From Candidatus Omnitrophota bacterium (GTDB taxonomy: Bacteria; Omnitrophota; Gorgyraeia; Tantalellales; Tantalellaceae), in contig JBAROK010000036.1 in assembly GCA_049642065.1 (NCBI GenBank), positions 752-64,751 on the forward strand: a stretch of DNA of 64,000 nucleotides. The letters are read 5' to 3'. Of the stretch, positions 20,697 through 29,893 are shown one piece after another. Position 1 is the first letter of the stretch. Each line of letters starts with the position of its first letter. A program made the translations under genes and the position numbers. Under the pieces are notes generated by a model. It saw only the letters and a program-made list of their open reading frames with translations, was not told where the DNA came from and did not search any database.

Positions 20697-21767
20697 CTAT
20701 ATTTCCTCTTTTATCATCTTGACCAATTCATCTACGGCGTCATCTACCTTGACTGTTTTTATGATTTCGCCGCCGCGGAATATCGCTCCTTTGTTCTTTC
20801 CAAAAGCTATCCCTATATCAGCGCATTTCGCCTCGCCAGGACCGTTAACTTCGCACCCCATAATAGCTATCGTTAACGGCTTATTTGTAATGCTTTTAAT
20901 CTCTTTTTCCAGCTCTTCCACAAGAGGGACCAGGTCCACCTGACAACGGCCGCATGTCGGACAGGATATGATACTGTGCCCGAAATGCCTAACTCCTACT
21001 GAGCTAAGTATACGTTTGGCTGCATCCACTTCCGGTAGAGGATCACCGGTAAGCGATACCCGTATAGTATCTCCGATACCGTCCAGAAGTAATGTGCCTA
21101 TACCAACGCTTGACCTTACTATACCTTCCGCTGGTGGCCCGGCAGCTGTAACTCCCACATGAAAAGGATAATCGCATGCTTCGGCCATTTTCCTGTAGGC
21201 TTCGACCGTAGTAGACACATCCGAGGCTTTGAGCGAAAGTATGATATCATTAAACCTCTTTTTACGGAACGGCTCAAGATATTTCAGCAGGCAATCGACC
21301 ATTACATCAGCGGGGTTCCCTCTGCCTGCAGCCATTTCTACTAGAGAACCGGAATTAACGCCAAGCCTTATAGGGATACCTTTCTCAGCTGCCGCATTAA
21401 TAACACTATTAACAGCATCCTGTCCGGTCATATTACCTGGATTTATCCGTATTTTATCGGCACCGTTTGCGATTGCTTCCAGAGCTAACTTATGATCAAA
21501 ATGTATATCCGCGATGAGTGGTATATTGATCTCTTTTTTAATATCCGAGATCGCTGAAGCCGCATTGGTATCTTTTACCGCTACGCGGACAAGCTCACAT
21601 CCGGCATTTTGCAGCTGTCTTATCTGTCTTACAGTGGCGTTCACGTCGGAAGTATCCGTTTTTGTCATCGACTGGATACTGATAAGATGATCCGAACCGA
21701 TCTTTACATCGCCTACCGTAACTGTCCTTGTTTTTCTTCGTTCTATCATAGTTTTATTTTCCGCCAA
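20697..21767 (-). CDS. ispG: 4-hydroxy-3-methylbut-2-en-1-yl diphosphate synthase
   Basis: GcpE family; C-terminal CPTCGRC 4Fe-4S motif. Confidence 0.9.
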   Translation of the reverse strand: MAENKTMIERRKTRTVTVGDVKIGSDHLISIQSMTKTDTSDVNATVRQIRQLQNAGCELVRVAVKDTNAASAISDIKKEINIPLIADIHFDHKLALEAIANGADKIRINPGNMTGQDAVNSVINAAAEKGIPIRLGVNSGSLVEMAAGRGNPADVMVDCLLKYLEPFRKKRFNDIILSLKASDVSTTVEAYRKMAEACDYPFHVGVTAAGPPAEGIVRSSVGIGTLLLDGIGDTIRVSLTGDPLPEVDAAKRILSSVGVRHFGHSIISCPTCGRCQVDLVPLVEELEKEIKSITNKPLTIAIMGCEVNGPGEAKCADIGIAFGKNKGAIFRGGEIIKTVKVDDAVDELVKMIKEEI

Positions 21768-22854
21768 TCGGAGTGAACTTTATGATATCCTGCCAGCTTA
21801 CAAACAAAGCAAATGCTATTAGCATAACAAGAGCTATTTGAGTAACAACTTCCTGGACTTTCAGGCTTAAAGGCTTTCCCCGCACCTTTTCGATAGCAAG
21901 AAAGATTATATGCCCCCCATCAAGCACAGGAAAAGGAAGCAAGTTGAATATCGCTAGCGCCATGCTCACATGAGCTGTTATTATAAGAAGTGGCACAATA
22001 CCCAAACGAGCGGCCTGACCCATTAAGTGAGCTATACCGATAGGACCCGATACAGAAGCCTTTACCGGCATCCCTCCTGTGATCAAAAGCCATATCCCTT
22101 TATATGTCATCCCCGTAAGAAAAAGAAGTCTTTTACCTCCGTGGTACATGGCCCTTAAAGGATCATACGCTACTGATAAGATCTTGTTCTGAGGAGCTAT
22201 CCCTATCATAGGGCGCGAAATGGTTTGTCCGAAAATATTCTTTACCGTTGAAATATCCGGGGTTACCTTTATATCCATACGCCGGGCGCCGCGAAGCACT
22301 TCAAGATCCAGTGATACTGCGCCTTTATCAGACTTTTCCTTTATAGCTTCTACAATATCATCCCAGTATTCTATTTTTTCACCATTTATCGAAAGTATCT
22401 GGTCCCCAACCTCGATACCGGCTTTTTTCGCAGGATAATCTTTAAGCACCTGACCGACTTCATTGGAAAGTGTAGGGATTCCTATCATGAAAATGATCCA
22501 GAACAGCACAAAAGCAAAAATATAATTCGTAATAGCACCTGAGGCGATGACCCAGAACCTGTGGCCTACTGGTTTGGTCACGAATTCATCCTCCCGTCCC
22601 TGGGATTCAGAAGGATCTTCCCCTGACATTTTTATGTATCCACCAAAAGGTATTATGGAAACCCTGTAATCAGTACCGCCCTTTTGGATGCCCCACAGGC
22701 GTTTTCCCATCCCCAAAGAGAAAACTTCGACATTTATGCCGAACTTTTTAGCCGTGATCAAATGTCCAGCTTCATGTATAAGAATAAGAACGCTAAATAC
22801 CGCTAAAACTACGATAACTGTTAACAATTTCTCAACACCTCCTCGATAGCCCAC
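21754..22854 (-). CDS. rseP: RIP zinc metalloprotease RseP/RasP (site-2 protease)
   Basis: HEAGH motif, PDZ domain, LDGG motif. True start may be downstream of the annotated Met. Confidence 0.85.
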   Translation of the reverse strand: MGYRGGVEKLLTVIVVLAVFSVLILIHEAGHLITAKKFGINVEVFSLGMGKRLWGIQKGGTDYRVSIIPFGGYIKMSGEDPSESQGREDEFVTKPVGHRFWVIASGAITNYIFAFVLFWIIFMIGIPTLSNEVGQVLKDYPAKKAGIEVGDQILSINGEKIEYWDDIVEAIKEKSDKGAVSLDLEVLRGARRMDIKVTPDISTVKNIFGQTISRPMIGIAPQNKILSVAYDPLRAMYHGGKRLLFLTGMTYKGIWLLITGGMPVKASVSGPIGIAHLMGQAARLGIVPLLIITAHVSMALAIFNLLPFPVLDGGHIIFLAIEKVRGKPLSLKVQEVVTQIALVMLIAFALFVSWQDIIKFTPIGGK

Positions 22855-23951
22855 TTTTCTGAATCTACTATGTCTTCAAGCGACGGCTCGTTTATGTTTT
22901 TATGTTTCTTCATGACCTCTTCCACGGCCTTTGTGATATCCGTAAACTTTATTTTGCCCGTCAAGAACAGTTTAACAGCAGCCTCGTTCGAACCGTTCAG
23001 AACAGCCGGCATCGTCCCTCCGGCACGAAGAGATTCAAACGCCAATCCGAGCGCCGGGAACTTACCGGTATCAGGCTCTGTAAAGGTCAGACTGCTGACC
23101 GCTGAAAAATCTATCCTTTTAAAATCGCTTTCCAGAATATCGGGATACGCAAGCGCTTTCAGTATGGGGAACTTCATGTCTGGATAGAACATGCCGGCCG
23201 AAATGGTACCGTCAACAAACTCCACCATTGAATGTATGATAGCCTCGGGATGAATGACCACTTTTATTTTTTCAGGGGCCGTATCGAAAAGCCACCTGGC
23301 TTCGATCACTTCAAGACCTTTATTCATAAGGGTTGCAGAATCTACCGTGATCTTTCTTCCCATGTTCCACTTAGGATGGTCAAGCACCTGGTCTACTGAG
23401 AGAAATTCAAACTCTTCTTTGTTCTTATCCCTGAGCGAACCGCCACTACCGGTGATATAAAGGGTCCTCACATCTTCTGTCGACCTACCCGCAAGACACT
23501 GCATAATAGCACTATGTTCGCTATCAACAGGAATGATTTGCGAAGAAAACTCTTTTAATATCACGCCCGCGCTGACAATCGGCTCCTTGCTAGCAAGCGC
23601 CACTGTCTTGCCCGCCTTAAGAGCCCCAATAAGAGGTTTAAGGGCTGTAACACCGGAAATGGCCATAAAGATGATATCCGAGGGTTCTTTCTCTGCAAGA
23701 CGTTCAAGCCCCTCGTCCCCCTTCAGGATCTCCACACCTTTAAGACCTTTGGCCTTAAGTTCCGAATAAGCTTTTTCAGTATTTATTGAGACTATCTCGG
23801 GCTTGAATTCTTCAGCCTGCTCCATAAGAAGGGATACGTTCTCATTGCTCGATATACCTTTTACATTGAACTTTTCCGGATAACATCTCACAACATCCAG
23901 AACGCTCTTACCTACAGACCCCGTCGACCCCAGAATTATGATATTTTTCAT
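22821..23951 (-). CDS. dxr: 1-deoxy-D-xylulose 5-phosphate reductoisomerase
   Basis: ILGSTGSVG NADPH motif; conserved uppS-cdsA-dxr-rseP order. Confidence 0.9.
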   Translation of the reverse strand: MKNIIILGSTGSVGKSVLDVVRCYPEKFNVKGISSNENVSLLMEQAEEFKPEIVSINTEKAYSELKAKGLKGVEILKGDEGLERLAEKEPSDIIFMAISGVTALKPLIGALKAGKTVALASKEPIVSAGVILKEFSSQIIPVDSEHSAIMQCLAGRSTEDVRTLYITGSGGSLRDKNKEEFEFLSVDQVLDHPKWNMGRKITVDSATLMNKGLEVIEARWLFDTAPEKIKVVIHPEAIIHSMVEFVDGTISAGMFYPDMKFPILKALAYPDILESDFKRIDFSAVSSLTFTEPDTGKFPALGLAFESLRAGGTMPAVLNGSNEAAVKLFLTGKIKFTDITKAVEEVMKKHKNINEPSLEDIVDSEKWAIEEVLRNC

Positions 23952-23957
23952 TGCTGC

Positions 23958-24770
23958 TTAAAAACCCTTTACATAAAAATAGAAAATAGGCGTGGTGAAT
24001 AATAAGCTGTCGATCAGATCAAGAACCCCGCCTATAGCGGATAAAAAGTGTCCGGAATCCTTAGCATTGCAATCCCTCTTAATGAGACTTTCCGCGAGAT
24101 CACCTACCTGTCCTAATGTAGCCAGACCTATCCCCAGAACAAAAAGATGTGCAATGGAAAAACCCGTCAGATATCTGCCTACAGTGATCGCCAGAACAAG
24201 GCTTATCAGCATCCCTCCCAGAGTACCTTCTTTTGTCTTCTTTGGACTTATCCTCGGGATTAGCTCGTTTTTCCCCCAACGTCTACCCACAAGATAAGCG
24301 CCTATATCCGCACCTTTGGTCACTATGATCAGAAAAGCTACAAGGTTAGCTCCGTTATCAAGTAACCTCAATTTTACGAAGAAAGAAAAGAACCAGCCTA
24401 TATACAAAAGCGAGAATAAAGTAAGCGCCATGCTCACCAGGTGGTCCCGTGCGTTATCCCGTCTTATGAACTGCAGCGTAAGCGCCATAAGACTGGCCAC
24501 AACTATAAATAGCGGCTCAAGGTTCTTAAGCTCCGGCAGGCCATTACTTATAAACACAACTACAGGTATAAGACTGCCAACTATTGTCCCGAAATATTTA
24601 TAGACAAAGATCTTTTTATTCTCAACAAGATGAAAGAACTCAAACTGTCCGAACGCTACAAAGAGCGCTATAACTCCACAGAATAGCCATTTTGGAAAAA
24701 CGTAGATCACCGCCGCTACAAGCGCAACCAATATCACGCTTACGATCGTTCTCAGAGTAAACTTACTCAC
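23958..24770 (-). CDS. cdsA: Phosphatidate cytidylyltransferase
   Basis: Polytopic; CTP-transferase family C-terminal signature; synteny. Confidence 0.8.
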   Translation of the reverse strand: MSKFTLRTIVSVILVALVAAVIYVFPKWLFCGVIALFVAFGQFEFFHLVENKKIFVYKYFGTIVGSLIPVVVFISNGLPELKNLEPLFIVVASLMALTLQFIRRDNARDHLVSMALTLFSLLYIGWFFSFFVKLRLLDNGANLVAFLIIVTKGADIGAYLVGRRWGKNELIPRISPKKTKEGTLGGMLISLVLAITVGRYLTGFSIAHLFVLGIGLATLGQVGDLAESLIKRDCNAKDSGHFLSAIGGVLDLIDSLLFTTPIFYFYVKGF

Positions 24771-25440
24771 CGAATCTCCTCCCGCGTTTTTCGTATTCCT
24801 CTAAGGCTTTTTCAAGTTCACTGGCGTTAAAATCAGGCCATAAGGTTTCTGTGACGTATATCTCCGAATAAGCTGATTGCCACAAAAGAAAATTACTGAG
24901 CCGCATCTCTCCAGAAGTGCGTATTATAAGATCCGGATCGGGAATATCTTTCGTGTAAAGGAACTTTTCGAAATCCTTTTCCTCCCAGGAAGCGACATCT
25001 TCTACGCATGCTTTTTTAACCGCATCGAGTATTTCCTGCCGGCCGCCGTAATTGAGCGCTAACGTAAGGATCATCCCGGTATTGGAGGCGCTTCCGTCCA
25101 TCATGTCCTTTATGAGACCCCTCAACGATGGACTAAGCTCTTCAAGCCGCCCTATAACGTTGAACCTTATATTGTTCCTTACTATCTTTTCGTTGTTTTG
25201 ACCAAGTGTGCGCTCAATAAGACCCATTAGCGCTTCTACTTCTTTTTTTGGGCGTTTCCAGTTCTCACTAGAAAAAGTGTATAAAGTAAGCGCCTTTATC
25301 CCCAGTCTCACACAGGCTTCGGTTATCGCATCCGCCGTCTTGGCACCGGAACGATGCCCCATTATCTTGGAAAGACCCTTTTTCTTGGCCCATCTTCCGT
25401 TACCGTCCATAATAATGGCTATGTGTTGGGGTAATCCCAT
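24763..25440 (-). CDS. uppS: Ditrans,polycis-undecaprenyl-diphosphate synthase
   Basis: HIAIIMDGNGRWA motif. Confidence 0.9.
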   Translation of the reverse strand: MGLPQHIAIIMDGNGRWAKKKGLSKIMGHRSGAKTADAITEACVRLGIKALTLYTFSSENWKRPKKEVEALMGLIERTLGQNNEKIVRNNIRFNVIGRLEELSPSLRGLIKDMMDGSASNTGMILTLALNYGGRQEILDAVKKACVEDVASWEEKDFEKFLYTKDIPDPDLIIRTSGEMRLSNFLLWQSAYSEIYVTETLWPDFNASELEKALEEYEKRGRRFGE

Positions 25441-25454
25441 ATATACCGTCCCGC

Positions 25455-25503
25455 AAAAAGTAAAGAGTAGCCTTGAATCCGAATTGGTTCAGGGCTACTC
25501 TTT
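25455..25503 (-). terminator. Intrinsic terminator after the OmpA-like gene
   Basis: 11-bp perfect stem AAAGAGTAGCC/GGCTACTCTTT, extendable via tgaa/ttca, followed on the minus strand by AC-TTTTT. Confidence 0.55.
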
Positions 25504-25537
25504 GCTTTGTTTCATGTTGTTGACCCGGATTATAATA

Positions 25538-26203
25538 TTACTTAATGTCCTTATTGCTATCCTCTTCACTTTTTTCGGCGTACTGGGGCAGGATCACGAT
25601 CTCGACCCTGCGGTTCTTTGCCCTGCCTTCTGAGGTAGAGTTAGACGCAATGGACTTGTGCTCCCCATATCCCGTAGCGGACAGCTTATCGGGCGATACC
25701 CCTTCCTTAACAAGATAATGAAGAACATTAGTGGCCCTTGCGGTCGAAAGCTCCCAATTTGACTTCCATTTGGAATGCTTTATCGAAACGTTATCCGTAT
25801 GACCACTTACACCTATGTTCTTACCCGGCACCTTTTTCTTTATAGTGCTAGCTACTTTATCCAGAACGGGTTTTGCCGACGGTTTCACCTCAGCCTTGCC
25901 GGAATCGAACAGGACATCATCAGACAAAATTATGACCAATCCTCTCTCGTCCATATGGAGAGATATCTGATCCCCGTCTATCTGGCTACGCAGTTTTTGC
26001 TCTAGCATACGTTTTGTTTCGGCGAATTTCTTCTGTTCCTGCGAACGTTGTTCTTCCAGGTCATTTATCTTCGCCTGGAGGTCCTTTATCTTCTTTTTGT
26101 TGCGCGGACTCTGCTTATAAAAATTCACCGCGCACCCTGAAACCATCATGCTCAGGACAACGATAAACGCAATACCCGCCGGAAATAGCTTTTTCCTGTT
26201 CAT
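25538..26203 (-). CDS. OmpA-family (Pal/MotB-like) lipoprotein
   Basis: Signal plus lipobox-like MVSGC, coiled-coil segment, C-terminal OmpA peptidoglycan-binding domain. Confidence 0.75.
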   Translation of the reverse strand: MNRKKLFPAGIAFIVVLSMMVSGCAVNFYKQSPRNKKKIKDLQAKINDLEEQRSQEQKKFAETKRMLEQKLRSQIDGDQISLHMDERGLVIILSDDVLFDSGKAEVKPSAKPVLDKVASTIKKKVPGKNIGVSGHTDNVSIKHSKWKSNWELSTARATNVLHYLVKEGVSPDKLSATGYGEHKSIASNSTSEGRAKNRRVEIVILPQYAEKSEEDSNKDIK

Positions 26204-26245
26204 TCCAACCTCCTTATCTCTAAAAAAAAGAAAACCTACCTTTGA

Positions 26246-27523
26246 TTACTTATATATAAGCGTCTGTTTCCTGCTTTTCCCTACGGAAACAAGCATTATA
26301 TCCGTGCCTATCAGTTTCTTGATCCTGTCAAGATACTTTCTAGCGTTCTCCGGGAGCTCCTCGTATGATGTTATTTGAGAAGTATCCTGTTCCCAACCAG
26401 GGTGTTCTTCATATAAAGGTTCGCAGTCATCAAGGAACGTGGGATCACCAAGTATGTTGGTATAGGTTTGCCCTTTATATTTATAGCCGGTGCAAACCTT
26501 TATGGTCTTAAGTTCATCCAGAACATCAAGCTTCGTTATAGCCACATGGTCAATACCATTGATCAGAACGGAATTTTTTACAAGAACCGCATCAAACCAT
26601 CCGCACCGTCTAGCCCTGCCGGTCGTGGCACCGAATTCGCCGCCTTTCTGCCTGATTTTTTCCATCAGATCCGGACCAAATTCCGTCGGGAAAGGTCCTT
26701 CTCCAACTCGTGTGGTATAAGCTTTAACAACACCAACAACTCTGTCTATACGCGAAGGGCCTATACCTCCACCGGTACACGCGCCTCCAGCCGTTGAGTT
26801 AGAGGAGGTAACATAAGGGAAAGTCCCATAATCCACGTCAAGATAAGTACCCTGAGCACCTTCAAAAAGTATGGATTTCCCGCCTTTAAGCGCCTCGTTC
26901 AAAAGAGAGGTAGTATCACAAACAAACTCTTTGAGATAAGCGGCATATTCCACGTATTTACCGAATATTTCATCCGCTGACATTTCTTCAAAACCGTTAT
27001 CCCTCAGTATCGGATTCTTTTCCTCAATGTTACTTGCAAGTCTGCTGCGAAAATATTCTTGATCAAAAAGATCGGCCATACGTATGCCAATACGAGACAC
27101 CTTATCGGCATAACACGGTCCTATACCTCTTTTTGTGGTACCGATCTTTCCCATTTTCCTTAAGGATTCACGAAGCTCGTCTATCTTCTTGTGATAAGGT
27201 AATATGATATGCGATTTATCGCTTACTTTTAACCGCCCTTCACAGCTTATCCCTTGCTCTTTCAACAATTCAATCTCTTCTATTAGCGCCTCAGGGTCGA
27301 CTACCACTCCATGTCCTATGACACAGATCTTCCCTTCACGCAATATCCCTGAAGGGATGAGATGCAATACATACTTATTTTCGCCTATGACAACCGTATG
27401 CCCCGCATTGTTACCCCCCTGATATCTGACGATACAATCGGCGTCTTCGGTCAAGATGTCTATTACCTTCCCCTTACCTTCGTCACCCCACTGGGCTCCT
27501 ACTAATACAGTTACCTGTCCCAT
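26246..27523 (-). CDS. purA: Adenylosuccinate synthetase
   Basis: GAQWGDEGKGK P-loop; AAGGAGG RBS 5 nt upstream. Confidence 0.95.
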   Translation of the reverse strand: MGQVTVLVGAQWGDEGKGKVIDILTEDADCIVRYQGGNNAGHTVVIGENKYVLHLIPSGILREGKICVIGHGVVVDPEALIEEIELLKEQGISCEGRLKVSDKSHIILPYHKKIDELRESLRKMGKIGTTKRGIGPCYADKVSRIGIRMADLFDQEYFRSRLASNIEEKNPILRDNGFEEMSADEIFGKYVEYAAYLKEFVCDTTSLLNEALKGGKSILFEGAQGTYLDVDYGTFPYVTSSNSTAGGACTGGGIGPSRIDRVVGVVKAYTTRVGEGPFPTEFGPDLMEKIRQKGGEFGATTGRARRCGWFDAVLVKNSVLINGIDHVAITKLDVLDELKTIKVCTGYKYKGQTYTNILGDPTFLDDCEPLYEEHPGWEQDTSQITSYEELPENARKYLDRIKKLIGTDIMLVSVGKSRKQTLIYK

Positions 27524-27544
27524 ATTTTCCTTCCTTTGTACTTT

Positions 27545-28573
27545 TTATCTCCTGTTCGGCTGAGGAGCAGGAGGTGTCGGCTGTGGTGCCGGCGGTTGCG
27601 GAGGCGGCTGCGGAGGTATAAATATCCGTGGCGGCGCAGGCGGCGGTGTCGGTGGCTGTGGCGGAGGCTGTACCGGCATCGGTGGTTGCTGCGGGATACT
27701 CCTCCTGATCTGCTCCTGCTGCTGTATCTGCCTTAAAAGCCTTTCGGTATTTATCCTTGTCGCCTCATTGTTGACCCTCGCGAAAAGATCCGTTAATGTT
27801 TCCTTATCCAGATCCTGCAACTTAACAGTTATCCCGTCTTGGGGCTTTAAAAAATACTCTTTATTGCCATCTTCATCTGTCCTAGACGAAAGAGTAGGAA
27901 TAATGAACTCTATTTCGGAAAAGACCTTAAGCCGCCTCTTGATCGACTCTATCATCTGTTCCTTTGTCAGCGGTATTTCCTTCCGGGGAGGTCTCTCATC
28001 TTCATCTACCTCAACAATTTCCTCTTCTACCTCTTCAGCCGGCATCTCTTTCTTTAGATCCTCTTTGCGCTGCTCGAGCTGCTCACTCTTCATCCTAGCG
28101 TCTTCCTGCTGCACTTTTAACAGCAGTTTATCCACTGTTTCTTTATCCAAAGCATCAAGCTTCATCGGAATGTCCCCAGACACCTGATAATAATAATCAA
28201 TACTTCCGTCCATACTCTTCTTACGGGAAAGGCCCTCTATATTACCAATTACCTCCGGGTTCTTTTCAAGTGTACCCTCAATAGCGGAGATCACCTTTTC
28301 CTTAGAAAGTAAAGCACGCGGCTTAACGACCGGTTCCTTTTCCTTCTTCTCCTCAGGCTTCTCGGCTTTCACCCTTCCACCGGTAATAGGTATAGCCGCC
28401 TTGTCAACATCCTCTTTTTCTTTCTGATACCTGGCTACGATCCTTTCCCACCACCTGATGAGCGCACCCTTTTCTTTCTTGCCCGGTGCAGTTGCCGCGT
28501 TAGCAATGCTTGAAAGAGAAAGAGCTGCGATCAGTATGAATAGCACGAACGTTTTTTTCTGAAAGGATTTCAT
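27545..28573 (-). CDS. Secreted hypothetical protein with tandem ~80-aa repeats and a Pro-rich C-terminus
   Basis: Signal peptide MKSFQKKTFVLFILIAALSLSSIANA. Internal duplication MKLDALDKETVDKLL... versus VKLQDLDKETLTDLF... C-terminus PPQPPTPPPAPP... Confidence 0.6.
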   Translation of the reverse strand: MKSFQKKTFVLFILIAALSLSSIANAATAPGKKEKGALIRWWERIVARYQKEKEDVDKAAIPITGGRVKAEKPEEKKEKEPVVKPRALLSKEKVISAIEGTLEKNPEVIGNIEGLSRKKSMDGSIDYYYQVSGDIPMKLDALDKETVDKLLLKVQQEDARMKSEQLEQRKEDLKKEMPAEEVEEEIVEVDEDERPPRKEIPLTKEQMIESIKRRLKVFSEIEFIIPTLSSRTDEDGNKEYFLKPQDGITVKLQDLDKETLTDLFARVNNEATRINTERLLRQIQQQEQIRRSIPQQPPMPVQPPPQPPTPPPAPPRIFIPPQPPPQPPAPQPTPPAPQPNRR

Positions 28574-28612
28574 CTGGCTCACCTTTACTTTAGGATTCAA
28601 TAACAGCGCGCA

Positions 28613-29863
28613 TTAATCCGGATTCATTGTAAATATCTTTTTAGCAATATCCGGGTAATTAGCAATAAACAATAGTTCATCCTTCACGAGAGGTTTCTGC
28701 GTATGTACATTCGCATAGCGAACAAGCTCCAGTATCTTCGTCGCCTCTTTATCATTTTTGAACTTTACTTCAAGACGGTTATATACATTCCGGAAACCTT
28801 TGATCCCGCTATACTCACCTGCTGTAATATTCCGGCCGGTCTCTATAACTTCCGGCTCGCCGCGGCCAAGCTCTTCAAAATCATACAGCTCATAATTACG
28901 CCTGTCCTTGAGCGCCCCGTCAGCGTGAATACCTGATTCGTGCGCGAACGCGTTCGCCCCAACACCCACCTGATTTATCGGTATGGGTACTCCAAACGCG
29001 TACGAAGCATACTTAGCAATCTTCCAGGCCATCTTAAGGTTCGTATTCGGATCAACCTTATATTTCGAGTTACCTCTAAATCCGCTGGAGTACTTAAGCG
29101 CGAGTATACAGCTTACCAGGTCCGCGTTACCGGCTCTCTCTCCCCAGCCATTAATAGTCGTATTTATATACGCGTCCACGCCGCTGTCTATAGCCGCTTT
29201 CGCCCCAGCCACACTTACAGCCACAACCATACCAAGATCGTTATGACAGTGAAGTTCTATAGGCATCTTTACTGCCGTTGCCAGAGCACACACCCTATCG
29301 TAGATCGTAAACGGATCGTCATAACCAAGCGTATCGCAATACCTCACCCTGTCGGCCCCGTTCTTCTTAGCAACCTGGGCGAACTCAATAAGGTAATTAA
29401 GATCACTCCGGGAAGCGTCTTCCGCATTCACTCCGACTGTCTTTATTCCGACTTTTTTGGCCAGCTTCAAAGCTTTTTTCATTGCTGAGATAACCCCCGC
29501 CCGATCCATCTTGCCAGCAAACTTCTTTTGGATCATAAGATCGGATGTGGAAATAGACATGTTCAGGTGCTCAACCTTGGTATTCTTGACAGCCGATTTT
29601 ACGTCAGCTTCGATAGCCCTTATCCATCCTTCCAGCCTCATGGGGCTAATAACCTTCTTCTTAGCAAGTTCCAGATTAGCATTAAGGTAATTTAGCTCAT
29701 GGTTAGTAAAAGGAAACCCGAATTCGGACTGGAAGACACCCATCTTGTTAAGGTAAATATTTACAAGGGTCTTCTGAAGTTTTGATAGCCCCAAACGAGA
29801 GGTCTGTACACCATCCCTGTTTGTAACATCAATGAACCGAATCACATTATTTTTCTTGGCCAT
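28613..29863 (-). CDS. LeuA/NifV/CimA-family (DRE-TIM) 2-oxoacid:acetyl-CoA synthase, short form
   Basis: DVTNRDGVQ, HCHNDLGM and AFAHESGIHADG motifs; 416 aa with no LeuA regulatory domain. Confidence 0.7.
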   Translation of the reverse strand: MAKKNNVIRFIDVTNRDGVQTSRLGLSKLQKTLVNIYLNKMGVFQSEFGFPFTNHELNYLNANLELAKKKVISPMRLEGWIRAIEADVKSAVKNTKVEHLNMSISTSDLMIQKKFAGKMDRAGVISAMKKALKLAKKVGIKTVGVNAEDASRSDLNYLIEFAQVAKKNGADRVRYCDTLGYDDPFTIYDRVCALATAVKMPIELHCHNDLGMVVAVSVAGAKAAIDSGVDAYINTTINGWGERAGNADLVSCILALKYSSGFRGNSKYKVDPNTNLKMAWKIAKYASYAFGVPIPINQVGVGANAFAHESGIHADGALKDRRNYELYDFEELGRGEPEVIETGRNITAGEYSGIKGFRNVYNRLEVKFKNDKEATKILELVRYANVHTQKPLVKDELLFIANYPDIAKKIFTMNPD

Positions 29864-29893
29864 ATAACTCTCCTTCTACGAAGCACAAGTCTA

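Noticed and set aside
27536-27736. Arg/Cys/Trp-rich 66-aa plus-strand ORF
   Set aside because: Antisense to the proline-codon (CCG/CCT) repeat of the secreted Pro-rich protein; an artefact.
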